NCBI GenBank assembly: GCA_040903745.1
Contig: JBBDUV010000047.1
Location: 72,977-136,976 of the forward strand
DNA: 64,000 bases
Direction: 5' to 3'
Source of the DNA: Bacteroidales bacterium
Lineage (GTDB): Bacteria; Bacteroidota; Bacteroidia; Bacteroidales; GCA-2748055
Part shown: one piece after another, positions 17,820-30,273 of the stretch
Numbering within the stretch: the first letter of the stretch is position 1
Layout: each line of letters starts with the position of its first letter
Program-made: the position numbers and the translations under genes
Notes under the pieces: model-generated
What the model was told of the DNA's origin: nothing
What the model saw: only the letters and a program-made list of their open reading frames with translations
The model's database searches: none

Positions 17820-19061
17820 ATGAAAGTTAGATTTTACATTGAGAAGCGGCGAGGAAAGGATGGAAGATTATTGACCAGCAGAAGGCCGATATTCATGACG
17901 GTCGCTTTTCATGGTAAAAGGGTATTGATCTCCACCGGAAAAAATGTTGATCTGAAATGGTGGGATCATACGAAGCAGCAGGTGAGAGAGATGCATCCGG
18001 ATGCATCCGTTATCAATAGATGGCTCGAAACATTAGCGTATACCGCCGGCACTGTCTGGAAGTCGCTGGCAAGCCTGTCTGAGAATCCCGGGGTAGGGGA
18101 GTTTCGCGATGAATTTGAGCGGTTGAGACCCCGGTTTTCAGGAGGGTTCTTTGACATCATGTTTCTGTTCATGGAAGAGGGTTCCAGGCGTTGGAGTATA
18201 AGTACATACCAAAAAGTTCGAACCTTCTATAACCAGCTGAAAGAGTTCGAAAAGTCAGAGATGTATCCTCTTCATTTTAACACCATGAATGAATCGTTTC
18301 TTTATCGGTTTCGCGATTATCTTGAGAAAAAAAGCAGGTCGGAATCCACCATCAGAAAGATGGTAAACCTGCTCGTTTGGTACCTGAACTGGGCTACAAA
18401 AAATGGGTACAATGTGTATTACGATTACCGGGGTTTTTATAAAATGCTTGATAAAGGAAGTGCAACGGAAAAAATCCCGGCAAAGTGCGAACCTGTTTAC
18501 CTGGAATGGGATGAGCTGTTGCGGTTCCTGAAGCATTCGCCATGCACAACTGTGAAAGAACGTGTCAGGGACCTCTTTTGTTTGAGTTGTTTCACCGGAC
18601 TAAGATTCGGAGAGTTGCGGAACCTGACTAAGGAGGATGTAATGGCATCCTCTGTTATTGTGAGAAAAGGTGACAGTAAGGTGAGATATGTTCCGGTAAG
18701 CAAATATGCTGCGGTGATCCTCGAAAAATATAAGCACCGTTACTACCGTGACAATGCGGCGCTGCCACCCGTGAGCGCGATGACGGTGAACAAGTACCTG
18801 AGGGTCATGGCGAAGGAATTGAAACTTGAGCGGACGGTTGCCGTGGGTATCGGAAGCAGACGAAGGGCGATGCTTTGGGAGGTGCTAACGGCCGGAGCCG
18901 GGGTCCAGACTTTTATCATGCATGCGCTCAGACTGGAAATCCCTGCGGATGTCATAGCCTCGTTTACCGGTGTAACGAGCGATCATCGCATCAAACTCAT
19001 GAAACAGGAATTGGCAATGAAAGAGATAAAGAAATTCGATTTGATAGAACATTCTCAGTAA
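17820..19061 (+). CDS. Tyrosine-recombinase-family (phage integrase-like) protein, apparently lacking the nucleophile Tyr
   Basis: The layout is a Bacteroidota-type integrase. Box I reads TGLRFGELRNL and HxxR is present (MHALR). No Tyr occurs in the 42 residues after HALR. Confidence 0.7.
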   Translation: MKVRFYIEKRRGKDGRLLTSRRPIFMTVAFHGKRVLISTGKNVDLKWWDHTKQQVREMHPDASVINRWLETLAYTAGTVWKSLASLSENPGVGEFRDEFERLRPRFSGGFFDIMFLFMEEGSRRWSISTYQKVRTFYNQLKEFEKSEMYPLHFNTMNESFLYRFRDYLEKKSRSESTIRKMVNLLVWYLNWATKNGYNVYYDYRGFYKMLDKGSATEKIPAKCEPVYLEWDELLRFLKHSPCTTVKERVRDLFCLSCFTGLRFGELRNLTKEDVMASSVIVRKGDSKVRYVPVSKYAAVILEKYKHRYYRDNAALPPVSAMTVNKYLRVMAKELKLERTVAVGIGSRRRAMLWEVLTAGAGVQTFIMHALRLEIPADVIASFTGVTSDHRIKLMKQELAMKEIKKFDLIEHSQ

Positions 19062-19126
19062 TGCAACACCTGTCTTTTACTCCTGACTTAAGGGTTAGAA
19101 TTTGCTGCAAAACTGACAGGTGATGA

Positions 19127-19156
19127 GTCCGGATACCAGGAGGTCCGGGCTTTTTT
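19127..19156 (+). terminator. Rho-independent terminator candidate after the integrase gene
   Basis: The stem GTCCGGA...TCCGGGC is followed by TTTTTT. Confidence 0.45.
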
Positions 19157-19259
19157 ATATATGCCTGGTTCCTTTCATTATCTGTCCTGATTTCTTCCAT
19201 TCGATCAATGTTTATAAAAATTGAACCAACTTTCATTGGCATACCATTCCATTAATCTT

Positions 19260-19267
19260 TACATTTG
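19260..19267 (+). promoter_or_regulatory. Candidate -7 promoter box (TACATTTG)
   Basis: Exact TAnnTTTG match 33 nt upstream of the ATG at 19301. Confidence 0.3.
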
Positions 19268-19300
19268 TATGCGTATATTTAACAACGAAAAAATAATTTG

Positions 19301-20200
19301 ATGAAACCTACACTATTGATCCTTGCAGCCGGAATGGGAAGCCGGTATGGCGGACAAAAACAGACCGATGAATTTGGACCGCACGGAGAGACGATTACCG
19401 ATTATTCCATTTACGATGCATTAAAAGCTGGATTTGAAAAGGTGGTTTTCGTTATATCCCCACAAATGGAGGAGGAGTTCAATAGCAGCTATTTAAAGCG
19501 GTTTCCTTCCGATATGAATGTACAATATGTACTGCAGGATGTAAAGAATGTACCGGAAGGTTATACCGTTCCGCCCGATCGAAAAAAGCCCTGGGGAACT
19601 GCCCATGCTGTCCTTATGGCAAGGGACGTGATCCGCGAGCCTTTTGCTGTGATCAATGCCGACGACTTTTACGGGAGGGAATCCTATCGGATCATGTGTG
19701 ATTTCCTGACAAAGAGTGAACCGGGTGAATATTGCGTGCTTGGATATACCCTTTCAAGGACAGTCTCAGAGCATGGATCTGTGGCCAGGGGAGTCTGTGC
19801 AACCGATGATGAGGGATACCTGACAACGATTGTTGAGCGTACAAAGATCTTTAGCGAAAAGGGAAAAATATTCTATGAGGATAAAGATGGAAGTCGTCAT
19901 GATCTTGCCCCCGACGAGTTGGTTTCAATGAACCTCTTCGGATTTACACCGGATGTGTTTGACCACCTTGATCTACAATTCCGGGATTATATTGCTGACA
20001 ACATTAATAGCACAAAAGCGGAGTTTTTTATCCCCTATGTAGCCGATAACCTGATCAATAGCGGAGCGGCCTCTTTCAGGGTGTTGAGTACACCTGAGTC
20101 TTGGTTTGGAGTAACTTATCAGGAGGACCGTCCACACGTTCAGAACATGATAAACAGACTTGTAAAGAAAGGCCTGTACCCGGCACCACTTTGGCAATAA
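19301..20200 (+). CDS. Sugar-phosphate nucleotidyltransferase family protein
   Basis: The N-terminal NTP-transferase motif reads LILAAGMGSRYGG, and GTAHAV is present. The length is about 300 aa. Confidence 0.65.
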   Translation: MKPTLLILAAGMGSRYGGQKQTDEFGPHGETITDYSIYDALKAGFEKVVFVISPQMEEEFNSSYLKRFPSDMNVQYVLQDVKNVPEGYTVPPDRKKPWGTAHAVLMARDVIREPFAVINADDFYGRESYRIMCDFLTKSEPGEYCVLGYTLSRTVSEHGSVARGVCATDDEGYLTTIVERTKIFSEKGKIFYEDKDGSRHDLAPDELVSMNLFGFTPDVFDHLDLQFRDYIADNINSTKAEFFIPYVADNLINSGAASFRVLSTPESWFGVTYQEDRPHVQNMINRLVKKGLYPAPLWQ

Positions 20201-20503
20201 TTGAATGGATCGGCTTTTGAAAAATATTCAGAACATCTGCGAACCAGAGATCTGGCCCCAATGCATGTTCAACATCTATGCAGAGGAATTATTTATTTCT
20301 TTCTGAACGGGAAATTGTCGAATTACACAGCTTCCCCCGCGGAGGTTTCCTTTACGCAGGGATTAATGGAAAAATGACTAGAGTATAATATCGACCACTA
20401 ATTGTATCGTTAGTTACTAAACTATATGTTAAATAATACTGTAAGGTATGCTGGTAAATGATTCTATGCGTCTTTGCAATATCCCATTAAATGTAAATAA
20501 TAA

Positions 20504-23498
<2,995 letters not shown>

Positions 23499-23603
23499 AG
23501 CAGAATGGAAGGGGTAAAAGAACGTTGTCTTTGTGATTGATGGCTGAGAGGCTGAAGTAAAGGTAGATGAATGGTATATAGTAAATTAGTAGTATGGCAC
23601 GGA

Positions 23604-23611
23604 TAAATTTG
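23604..23611 (+). promoter_or_regulatory. Candidate -7 promoter box (TAAATTTG)
   Basis: Exact TAnnTTTG match 55 nt upstream of the ATG at 23666. Confidence 0.3.
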
Positions 23612-23665
23612 TTAGTTTCGTGTTAGGAATGATTGTTGTAGAATGAAAGAGATCCCTTTGGTTAC

Positions 23666-25708
23666 ATGTACCGAAAATTTAATATACGGTTTTTGCTGGC
23701 TGTTTTTGCCGGATCGCTTTGTCTGACCGCTGCGGGTCAGCCCATTGCCGAAAAAGGTGTTCTTGATCTGCGAAATTATAATTTTTCGGAAGAGGGAATA
23801 CTTGAAATTCAAGGTGAGTGGATTTTTTACTGGAACAGATTGATTGATCCGATTTCACATGACGATTCGACTGCTGTGTGCGTGCCTGTTCCGGCTGCAT
23901 GGGGTCAGCTCACGGATATCATCCCCGGAATAGAGCCGATAGGATTCGGGACCTATGCCCTGAAGATCCTGCTTCCCGAAAAGATTGAGACCATTGTGCT
24001 TCGTTTTAAGGAGGTTTTTTCGGCATCGGGATATTATGTGAATGGGAGGAGTGTCGGATTCAAAGGATTACCTGGAAGTAACAGGTACCAGTCAGTGTTT
24101 GGCTACACCCCATCAATGTTTGTCGTTCCTGTAAATGATACATTGCTCGACCTGCTGGTGCATGTCTCAAATTTTGAACATCGCTCGGGTGGCATGCGCG
24201 GGATTATTGAGGTGGGCACCCCGATGCAGATAATATCAGACCGTTCTGAACAGAAGCATCGGGACTATTTTCTGTTGGGGGCATTTTTCATTATGGGAAT
24301 CTATTTTATGGCTATGTTTCAGGCGCGCTCTGATATGTATAAACTCTTTTTCTCCCTGATATGCCTGGTGATGGTTTTCAGGATTTATATATTGAGCGAT
24401 ACGGATCTTCAGCCATTTCACTGGATCACCGAAATCAGCCGGCTAAGACTTGAATACTTAAGTTTTGCCCTGCTTGTACCACTGTTTGTGCTGATGGTAC
24501 GGTTTGTGTTCCCACATGATTTTTCGAAATTGTTGTTCAGGATCATCCTGGGGATTTGTGGACTGATGATTCTCATAGTGATATTATCACCAGTGCGTAT
24601 TTTTACGGCAGCATTTTCTTACTATATGTATTTTGTAATGTTTGCCGGGGCAGTGATCCTGTTTACGATTTTGATGGCATGGAAGCGGGGTCGTTATTAT
24701 GCACAAGGTTTTGCAGCCGGGATCATCATTGTTTTGGTGGGTGCGGTGAATGATATGCTCTTCGTTACTGATGTGCTTGAAACCGGATTGGTTTCACATT
24801 ATTCCATGATTGTGTTTCTGCTGATCTATGCAATTATTTTTTCTCGCAAGATAAACCGGGGTCTTCTACGCAACGAGCGATTGTCGGATGAGATATTGCA
24901 GATGAATGAGAACCTGGAGCTACTTGTCGACAAGCGGACAAATGAGCTGAGCAAAAAATCGGAACAGTTGGCTATACATAGAGAGGAATTGAGAAAGAGC
25001 AATGAGGAGTTGCAGCGGGAAGTATATATCCGTAACCGTTTTATAGCGATAATGGGTCACGATATACGCGGACCGCTTGGTTATACGAACCAGGTATTGG
25101 ATTTAATCCTTAAAGGTGCCCTGAGCAAGGAGGATGAGCGGGAGATGCTTAAGCTTACAGCAGAAAATTCCCGAACGCTGTTAAATCTCCTTGAGAATTT
25201 ATTGTACTGGGGCCGGTGTCAGACCGGTGAGTTGAAGAGCATGGCTATCCTCTTTCGCCCGGCGACAATTATGCAGGAGGCAACAGAGCTTTATCAGTTA
25301 CCCCTGTCAGATAAGGGGATTGAATTGTTTTCGGATGTGCCGGACGATCTGAAAGTATATGCAGACCAGGAGCATGTTAAACTGATCATCAGAAATCTGC
25401 TCGCCAACGCGATCAAGTATACAGGTGAGGGTGGTGAGATCAGACTGAGTGCAGCAGCTGACCACAAAGCGGGAGAAGTAGTGATTGAAGTGGCGGATAA
25501 CGGGATTGGCATGGAGGAGGATGATCAGAAAAATGTTTTTAACAGTCAGTATGTAACCTCTACGCCAGGTACCAGCAATGAGAAAGGGTCGGGCTTTGGA
25601 TTAAAACTCTGCAGGGAGCTGGTTGAGTTAAATAACGGAACCATTACCGTTGAGAGCCAGGTCGGCAAGGGCAGCCGCTTTTTAGTGCGACTTCCTCTGA
25701 CCGCATAA
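23666..25708 (+). CDS. 7TMR-DISM-type sensor histidine kinase
   Basis: A signal peptide precedes an extracellular beta-domain. Seven TM helices follow (aa ~200-400), then a coiled coil, the H-box MGHDIRGPLG, the N box LLANAIKYT, G1 DNGIGM and G2 GSGFGL. Confidence 0.8.
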   Translation: MYRKFNIRFLLAVFAGSLCLTAAGQPIAEKGVLDLRNYNFSEEGILEIQGEWIFYWNRLIDPISHDDSTAVCVPVPAAWGQLTDIIPGIEPIGFGTYALKILLPEKIETIVLRFKEVFSASGYYVNGRSVGFKGLPGSNRYQSVFGYTPSMFVVPVNDTLLDLLVHVSNFEHRSGGMRGIIEVGTPMQIISDRSEQKHRDYFLLGAFFIMGIYFMAMFQARSDMYKLFFSLICLVMVFRIYILSDTDLQPFHWITEISRLRLEYLSFALLVPLFVLMVRFVFPHDFSKLLFRIILGICGLMILIVILSPVRIFTAAFSYYMYFVMFAGAVILFTILMAWKRGRYYAQGFAAGIIIVLVGAVNDMLFVTDVLETGLVSHYSMIVFLLIYAIIFSRKINRGLLRNERLSDEILQMNENLELLVDKRTNELSKKSEQLAIHREELRKSNEELQREVYIRNRFIAIMGHDIRGPLGYTNQVLDLILKGALSKEDEREMLKLTAENSRTLLNLLENLLYWGRCQTGELKSMAILFRPATIMQEATELYQLPLSDKGIELFSDVPDDLKVYADQEHVKLIIRNLLANAIKYTGEGGEIRLSAAADHKAGEVVIEVADNGIGMEEDDQKNVFNSQYVTSTPGTSNEKGSGFGLKLCRELVELNNGTITVESQVGKGSRFLVRLPLTA

Positions 25709-25772
25709 ATGAGTAGGCATCCTTTTAGATTTTCGATGGCAACCTCTTTTTCAATTCCATTTCCTTTTCAGG

Positions 25773-26087
25773 TTATACGGACCACTCCCAACTGCCCGAT
25801 TTGCTCTGTTCGATATTACCATTTCGAATGGTAAGCTGTTTAATCTCACCAGCATCGGGGTCCAGAATATTTACAATAAGGTTGTATTCAGGGATCTGTA
25901 CCGAGTTGCTGATGATGGTTTCGATGGTATTTGTCGGATCTTCAAGGCTGATGGTGGCAGAGTACTGTGAATGGTTTTTATCCTTGAAGATGTAGTCTGA
26001 CTGGAATTCCATTCTTAGAATACTGTTTACCAGTCTCTGGTTTTCCGGCGAAAGTTTTTCCACAGTTTGAATCGTTAGTACTTTCAT
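25773..26087 (-). CDS. Hypothetical protein (104 aa)
   Basis: The ORF has an ATG start. I recognise no family. A duplicated leader element lies upstream. Confidence 0.4.
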   Translation of the reverse strand: MKVLTIQTVEKLSPENQRLVNSILRMEFQSDYIFKDKNHSQYSATISLEDPTNTIETIISNSVQIPEYNLIVNILDPDAGEIKQLTIRNGNIEQSKSGSWEWSV

Positions 26088-26108
26088 AGCTTAATATAAT
26101 TTTAATTT

Positions 26109-26163
26109 ATCTCCTTTTGTCTTTGCACCGCTGAAAAATCTTTCTTCAATGATGAGGGGTTCA
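26109..26163 (-). repeat. Leader-element copy 1 (immediately upstream of the 25773-26087 gene)
   Basis: ATCTCCTTTTGTCTTTGCACCGCTGAA...ATCTTTCTTCAATGATGAGGGGTTCA recurs at 26345-26420. Confidence 0.8.
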
Positions 26164-26268
26164 TCTGTATTAATTCTTTATTTAACTTCTTGATAAAAAA
26201 TAATTAAAATATCGTTCTAACTACAAGTGACTGGTTGCCTCGCAGAATTATTATTTTCTATGGTGCTC

Positions 26269-26308
26269 GGGCTCCTACGCTAAAGCTACGGCGACAGCGT
26301 GCGAGCCC
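26269..26308. repeat. REP-like hairpin, family B (loop CGCTAAAGCTACGG)
   Basis: The stem is GGGCTC / GAGCCC. The loop motif is shared with the hairpins at 52303-52420. Confidence 0.6.
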
Positions 26309-26344
26309 TCATCAAATAACAACATGCTACGGAAATATTTATAC

Positions 26345-26420
26345 ATCTCCTTTTGTCTTCGCGTCGCTGAACCTTTAGCTCGGCGAAGCCAAATATCTTT
26401 CTTCAATGATGAGGGGTTCA
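26345..26420 (-). repeat. Leader-element copy 2, interrupted by a REP-like hairpin
   Basis: It has the same flanks as copy 1. It also contains an extra hairpin, CTTCGC...GCGAAG, at 26357-26388. Confidence 0.8.
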
Positions 26421-26506
26421 GTTGTAAAATTTGGTATTTACATGATCATAAAATATTGGCTGTTTTATCTGTATACATCTTTACGCAGTTAGAAGAACAA
26501 TTTCTG

Positions 26507-26917
26507 TTATTTTACTGCTATTGATGCTGAATGGAGAGCTGCCTCTGCCGGACTGATTATAAGGTCCATCGGTTGCAGGGGGAAATGTAAGATCCTGCTG
26601 TGGGGCGGATCTTGAAAGATACCTTTTTTTAAAGGCTCTCTATCTGTTATTTGTTCATTTGACAGAAAGCTACCCTTTTCTTTTATTTGATCAGGATCCA
26701 ATCCGCGTGTGATCCTCATTACAGCAGTATTCGATCGCAATAAATCTTGTTTTTGCTGATCCCCTGGCAGTGCTGTAGGGCGCTCTTTATACAATACCAG
26801 ATGTCGGTGCAATCTGTTTTTTAAAGTAGGCTGCATATTTGTTTTACCAGAATGCAATATCAGTATGAAAGAGGCCGAGAACAAAATCAATAGTAGAATC
26901 GATTGATGTGATTTCAT
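26507..26917 (-). CDS. Hypothetical secreted or anchored protein (136 aa)
   Basis: The N-terminus is hydrophobic (SILLLILFSASFILIL). I recognise no family. Confidence 0.4.
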   Translation of the reverse strand: MKSHQSILLLILFSASFILILHSGKTNMQPTLKNRLHRHLVLYKERPTALPGDQQKQDLLRSNTAVMRITRGLDPDQIKEKGSFLSNEQITDREPLKKGIFQDPPHSRILHFPLQPMDLIISPAEAALHSASIAVK

Positions 26918-26930
26918 CAGAAGGAGGGTT

Positions 26931-27581
26931 TTAGTTACCCAGCAATGCTGCGTAACGGTTTAGAAATCTATCTATTGCTTCGATATGCGCTGCTTTTAAG
27001 CGTCTGTTCACTGCCGGTTGGGAGATATGCAGTTCTTCACTGATCTGCATCTGGTTTTTTCCGGTAAGGCTGTGAAACAGTGCTTCGGCCTGTTCATCTG
27101 ACCAGTCATGGATCAGGATATCCATAAAACCGCAGGCCACATGAAACTCATCGTCCATCTCCCGGTTGCCAGTTGTGATGGTTAACCGCTGGTTTCTCTT
27201 CATCGATCGTAATCCGCTGCTGGCGTAGCGGAATACCGTACCATCCGATTCGCGCAATTCGTTTTTGAATAGCTCAGCAGGTCCGATTCCGATAGAAAGG
27301 CGAAGCTCAGTCCTGATGTTCAGTTCCCTATAGGAACGGCAGCGAAAATCACTGGCTAACAGCATCATCGAGTGTAATGCTAAATGTGGCACACTGGTCA
27401 GACAGAGGAATTCATCCATCCGGATAATTTCGTATACCAACCTTTGTGGGCCCTCTATTTTTTGATTCACCGCTCTGAATGAGGCCCTAATGATTTCAGG
27501 AATCTTACCCAGATGCTCCTGTTTCATTCTCCTGCTATCTGCAATCTCACCAGCAATTACGGCGTAACTTGATTCGGGCAT
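26931..27581 (-). CDS. Putative regulator with a SatD-like N-terminal domain and a C-terminal sigma-70 region-4-like HTH
   Basis: The N-terminus reads YAVIAGEIADSRRM, which is SatD/cyclase-like. The C-terminal HTH reads LTGKNQMQISEELHISQPAVNRRLKAAH. Confidence 0.45.
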   Translation of the reverse strand: MPESSYAVIAGEIADSRRMKQEHLGKIPEIIRASFRAVNQKIEGPQRLVYEIIRMDEFLCLTSVPHLALHSMMLLASDFRCRSYRELNIRTELRLSIGIGPAELFKNELRESDGTVFRYASSGLRSMKRNQRLTITTGNREMDDEFHVACGFMDILIHDWSDEQAEALFHSLTGKNQMQISEELHISQPAVNRRLKAAHIEAIDRFLNRYAALLGN

Positions 27582-27640
27582 AATGAAGCGATTAAAAATA
27601 TAAGCTTATATCAAAAAAAATAAAAATAAAAGCCAGAAAG

Positions 27641-27648
27641 CAAATATA
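27641..27648 (-). promoter_or_regulatory. Candidate -7 promoter box (TATATTTG)
   Basis: Exact TAnnTTTG match on the minus strand, 60 nt upstream of the ATG at 27581. Confidence 0.3.
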
Positions 27649-27751
27649 TAATTATATTACCTTATAATACAAATCATAATGAAATATAACTATACTTTAG
27701 ATTTATTCTAAGTAGTGGGATCAAATATTGACGATTTGATTCAGAAACGCT

Positions 27752-27992
27752 CACAGACATGCCGCTCCTAACGGAGCTGGGGGTTTCCATTGGAACCATC
27801 TGCTACAGATATGCCGCTCCTAACGGAGCTGGGGTGCTTCGGTTGGGTCAATCTGCTACAGACATACCGCTCCTAACGAAGCTTTCATTGCTCCGGAGGA
27901 GCAAAATGTCTGTAGAACAGTCTGCCCACATGGAACCACCAGCTCCGTTAGGAGCGGCATGTCTAGCTCCTTTAGGAGCGGAATGTCTGTAG
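27752..27992. repeat. Cluster of REP-like units, family A (three forward, three reverse)
   Basis: The unit is CTACAGACATGCCGCTCCTAACGGAGC and holds an internal hairpin, GCTCC-TAAC-GGAGC. Forward copies start near 27752, 27803 and 27856. Reverse copies lie near 27890-27915, 27941-27966 and 27965-27992. Confidence 0.85.
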
Positions 27993-28004
27993 CAGGAAAA
28001 TATC

Positions 28005-28979
28005 TTATCTACCCGTTCTTCTGAACCTGAAGAACCGGGCTTTCTCTGTGTCGACGAACTTGATCCTTCCAAGGATTGCTGCGATCCCGATACCACTAAT
28101 CATTTGCCAGATTCCCCACCAGGCAGCCATGAAGGCCATGCCCCCATTGGCATTGAAAAGTTTCGGATTGAAGATCAACACAAGCGCAAGCCCCGAGTTT
28201 TGGATCCCCGTTTCGATACTTAGCGTTCTGCGGACCGGGATGGAAGTGCGGGCAAGCGTTCCCACGAGATACCCTGTAAAGAGTGTTTGTGAGTTGAGGA
28301 AGAGCACTACCACACCGATGGGAAGAACATATCCCGGGATATACTCCAGATTGGCCCAAAGTGCGCCGACAATAAAGGTCATGTAGAGAAAGATAGATGC
28401 AATCTTAACCTGTTTCAGATAACGTTTGGCGATCGCCGGAAAATAGTGGGCAAACAACATACCCAGCAGCAGCGGCAGGCCGAGGAGGATAAAAACAATC
28501 TTTGCCATTTCAAGGAAGTCGATCTGGATGGGAATATTGAAATCGCCTCCACGTTGGTAGTAGTCGACATACCGTCCGCCCCAGAAGGCAAAATTGATGG
28601 GTGTCAGGAAAGAGGCAGCCAGTGTCGCAAAAGCGGTCAGACTAACTGATAGCTCAATGTTTGCTTTGGCCAGTGCGGAGATGAAATTTGAGATGTTCCC
28701 ACCCGGACAGGCTGAAATAAGGATCATCCCCATGGCGATGGAGGGAGGGGGGTTCAGCAGGATGACCAGAAGGAAGGTGAGGGCAGGAAGCAGCAGGAAC
28801 TGCGAGACTATGCCCAGGAGGGCCGGTTTGGGACTTCTTAACAACCGTTTAAAATTATCTACCCTTATTTCAAGCGCTACACCGAACATGATGCAAGCGA
28901 GTGTAATATTCATGTAGATTAGTCCTCCCTCACTGAAATTCAGGCGGATGTCGTCGATTCCGGATAGAGCTTCGAACAT
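28005..28979 (-). CDS. Bile acid:sodium symporter (BASS/SBF) family transporter
   Basis: Polytopic membrane protein with the motifs LGIVSQFLLLPALTF, ISACPGGNISNF and LSIETGIQNSGLA. Confidence 0.8.
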   Translation of the reverse strand: MFEALSGIDDIRLNFSEGGLIYMNITLACIMFGVALEIRVDNFKRLLRSPKPALLGIVSQFLLLPALTFLLVILLNPPPSIAMGMILISACPGGNISNFISALAKANIELSVSLTAFATLAASFLTPINFAFWGGRYVDYYQRGGDFNIPIQIDFLEMAKIVFILLGLPLLLGMLFAHYFPAIAKRYLKQVKIASIFLYMTFIVGALWANLEYIPGYVLPIGVVVLFLNSQTLFTGYLVGTLARTSIPVRRTLSIETGIQNSGLALVLIFNPKLFNANGGMAFMAAWWGIWQMISGIGIAAILGRIKFVDTEKARFFRFRRTGR

Positions 28980-29119
28980 AATTTCAGGTTTTTGTGGCAG
29001 CCAAGATACTCTTTTTTTTTATTTAGTCTACCTCCGCGCACTGGGTAGCAATTATTAAGGATCGTTTAAAATTTCTATCTTAGGCCACTTGTTCAACCAG
29101 CTTTTTAAACGGATATTTT

Positions 29120-30133
29120 ATGGATCCTAATGAGAGCGCCCCCGAAAAAATACGGATTATTGTTACCGGAGCCGATGGAATGTTGGGAAACAATATTGTC
29201 CGTGAGTTGCTATCCAGGGGTTACGAGGTGAACTGTTTCATTGAGGAGGGACACGACGGGCATACGTTGAATGCATTGCCTGTGAAGATTACCCGTGGCA
29301 ATTTATGTAATGAAACTCACCTTATGCCGCTTTTCAGGGAGAATGATTATGTGATACATACGGCTGGGGTGACCGCCATGTGGCCGCCGCGTTCAGCGTT
29401 GTCGTGGAAGATCAATTATGAGGCGGTAAGGCTGCTGGTGAATCTTGCACGCGAGAACGGCATTAGGAGGTTCGTCCATATTGGCACCGCTACCTCCTTT
29501 GGTCATGGCCCCATGGAGGCCCCGGGAACGGAGGAGTCTCCCTACAACAACCACAATTTTAAGCTCGATTACCAGGACAGCAAGCAGAGGGCGCAGCAGT
29601 TCCTTTTGGAAGAGCATAGGAGAGATGGTTTTCCGGTGATTATTCTTAATCCGACTTTTATGATTGGCCGGTATGACAATGGAAACGGCTCCAACAAGTT
29701 GATTCTATATATTTACTGGGGAAAGATTCCAGGCTATAGTCCGGGTGGAAAAAACTATGTGAACGTGAAGGACGTTGCCCACGCTGCGGCAAACGCCTTG
29801 TTTATGGGCAGGGATGGAGAATGTTACATCACCGGTGGAAAAAATATGACCTACAAGGATTCGTTCAGGATGATTGCTGAGACACTTGGTGTGCCGCCCC
29901 CGCGGTTAATGATGCCACGGTTTGTTTCCATTTCCTTTGGTGCATTGCAGTCGGCTCTTGCTGCTATTACCCGCCGTGCACCGGCCGTGACCTACCAGAT
30001 GGCACGTATTGGTTGTGAGGGATGCTACTATTCCTCAGCCAAGGCGATCGGAGAGCTGATAATGCCGCAGACGCCTTTGGAGGATGGGGTAAGGGAAGCA
30101 ATCGATTGGTTCCGGAAGAAGGAGATGGTGTAG
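29120..30133 (+). CDS. NAD-dependent epimerase/dehydratase family (extended SDR) protein
   Basis: The Rossmann motif is VTGADGMLGNNIV and the catalytic motif is YQDSK. The length is 337 aa. Confidence 0.8.
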   Translation: MDPNESAPEKIRIIVTGADGMLGNNIVRELLSRGYEVNCFIEEGHDGHTLNALPVKITRGNLCNETHLMPLFRENDYVIHTAGVTAMWPPRSALSWKINYEAVRLLVNLARENGIRRFVHIGTATSFGHGPMEAPGTEESPYNNHNFKLDYQDSKQRAQQFLLEEHRRDGFPVIILNPTFMIGRYDNGNGSNKLILYIYWGKIPGYSPGGKNYVNVKDVAHAAANALFMGRDGECYITGGKNMTYKDSFRMIAETLGVPPPRLMMPRFVSISFGALQSALAAITRRAPAVTYQMARIGCEGCYYSSAKAIGELIMPQTPLEDGVREAIDWFRKKEMV

Positions 30134-30273
30134 GGTATAGAATCCCTTAGCCTCGCCAGGAGGGATATGTCTGTAATCACAATTATTTTAACTAAGGATT
30201 ATCCTTTACTTTTGACAATTTATTTTCTAATGTGTTATAGTTATCGTAAATTGTTAAAATTCCAGTGTAGAAT

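Noticed and set aside
27752-27992. Possible CRISPR array
   Set aside because: The repeat units occur in both orientations, the spacing is short and irregular, the units are themselves hairpins, and there are no cas genes. This is a REP/MITE-like cluster.
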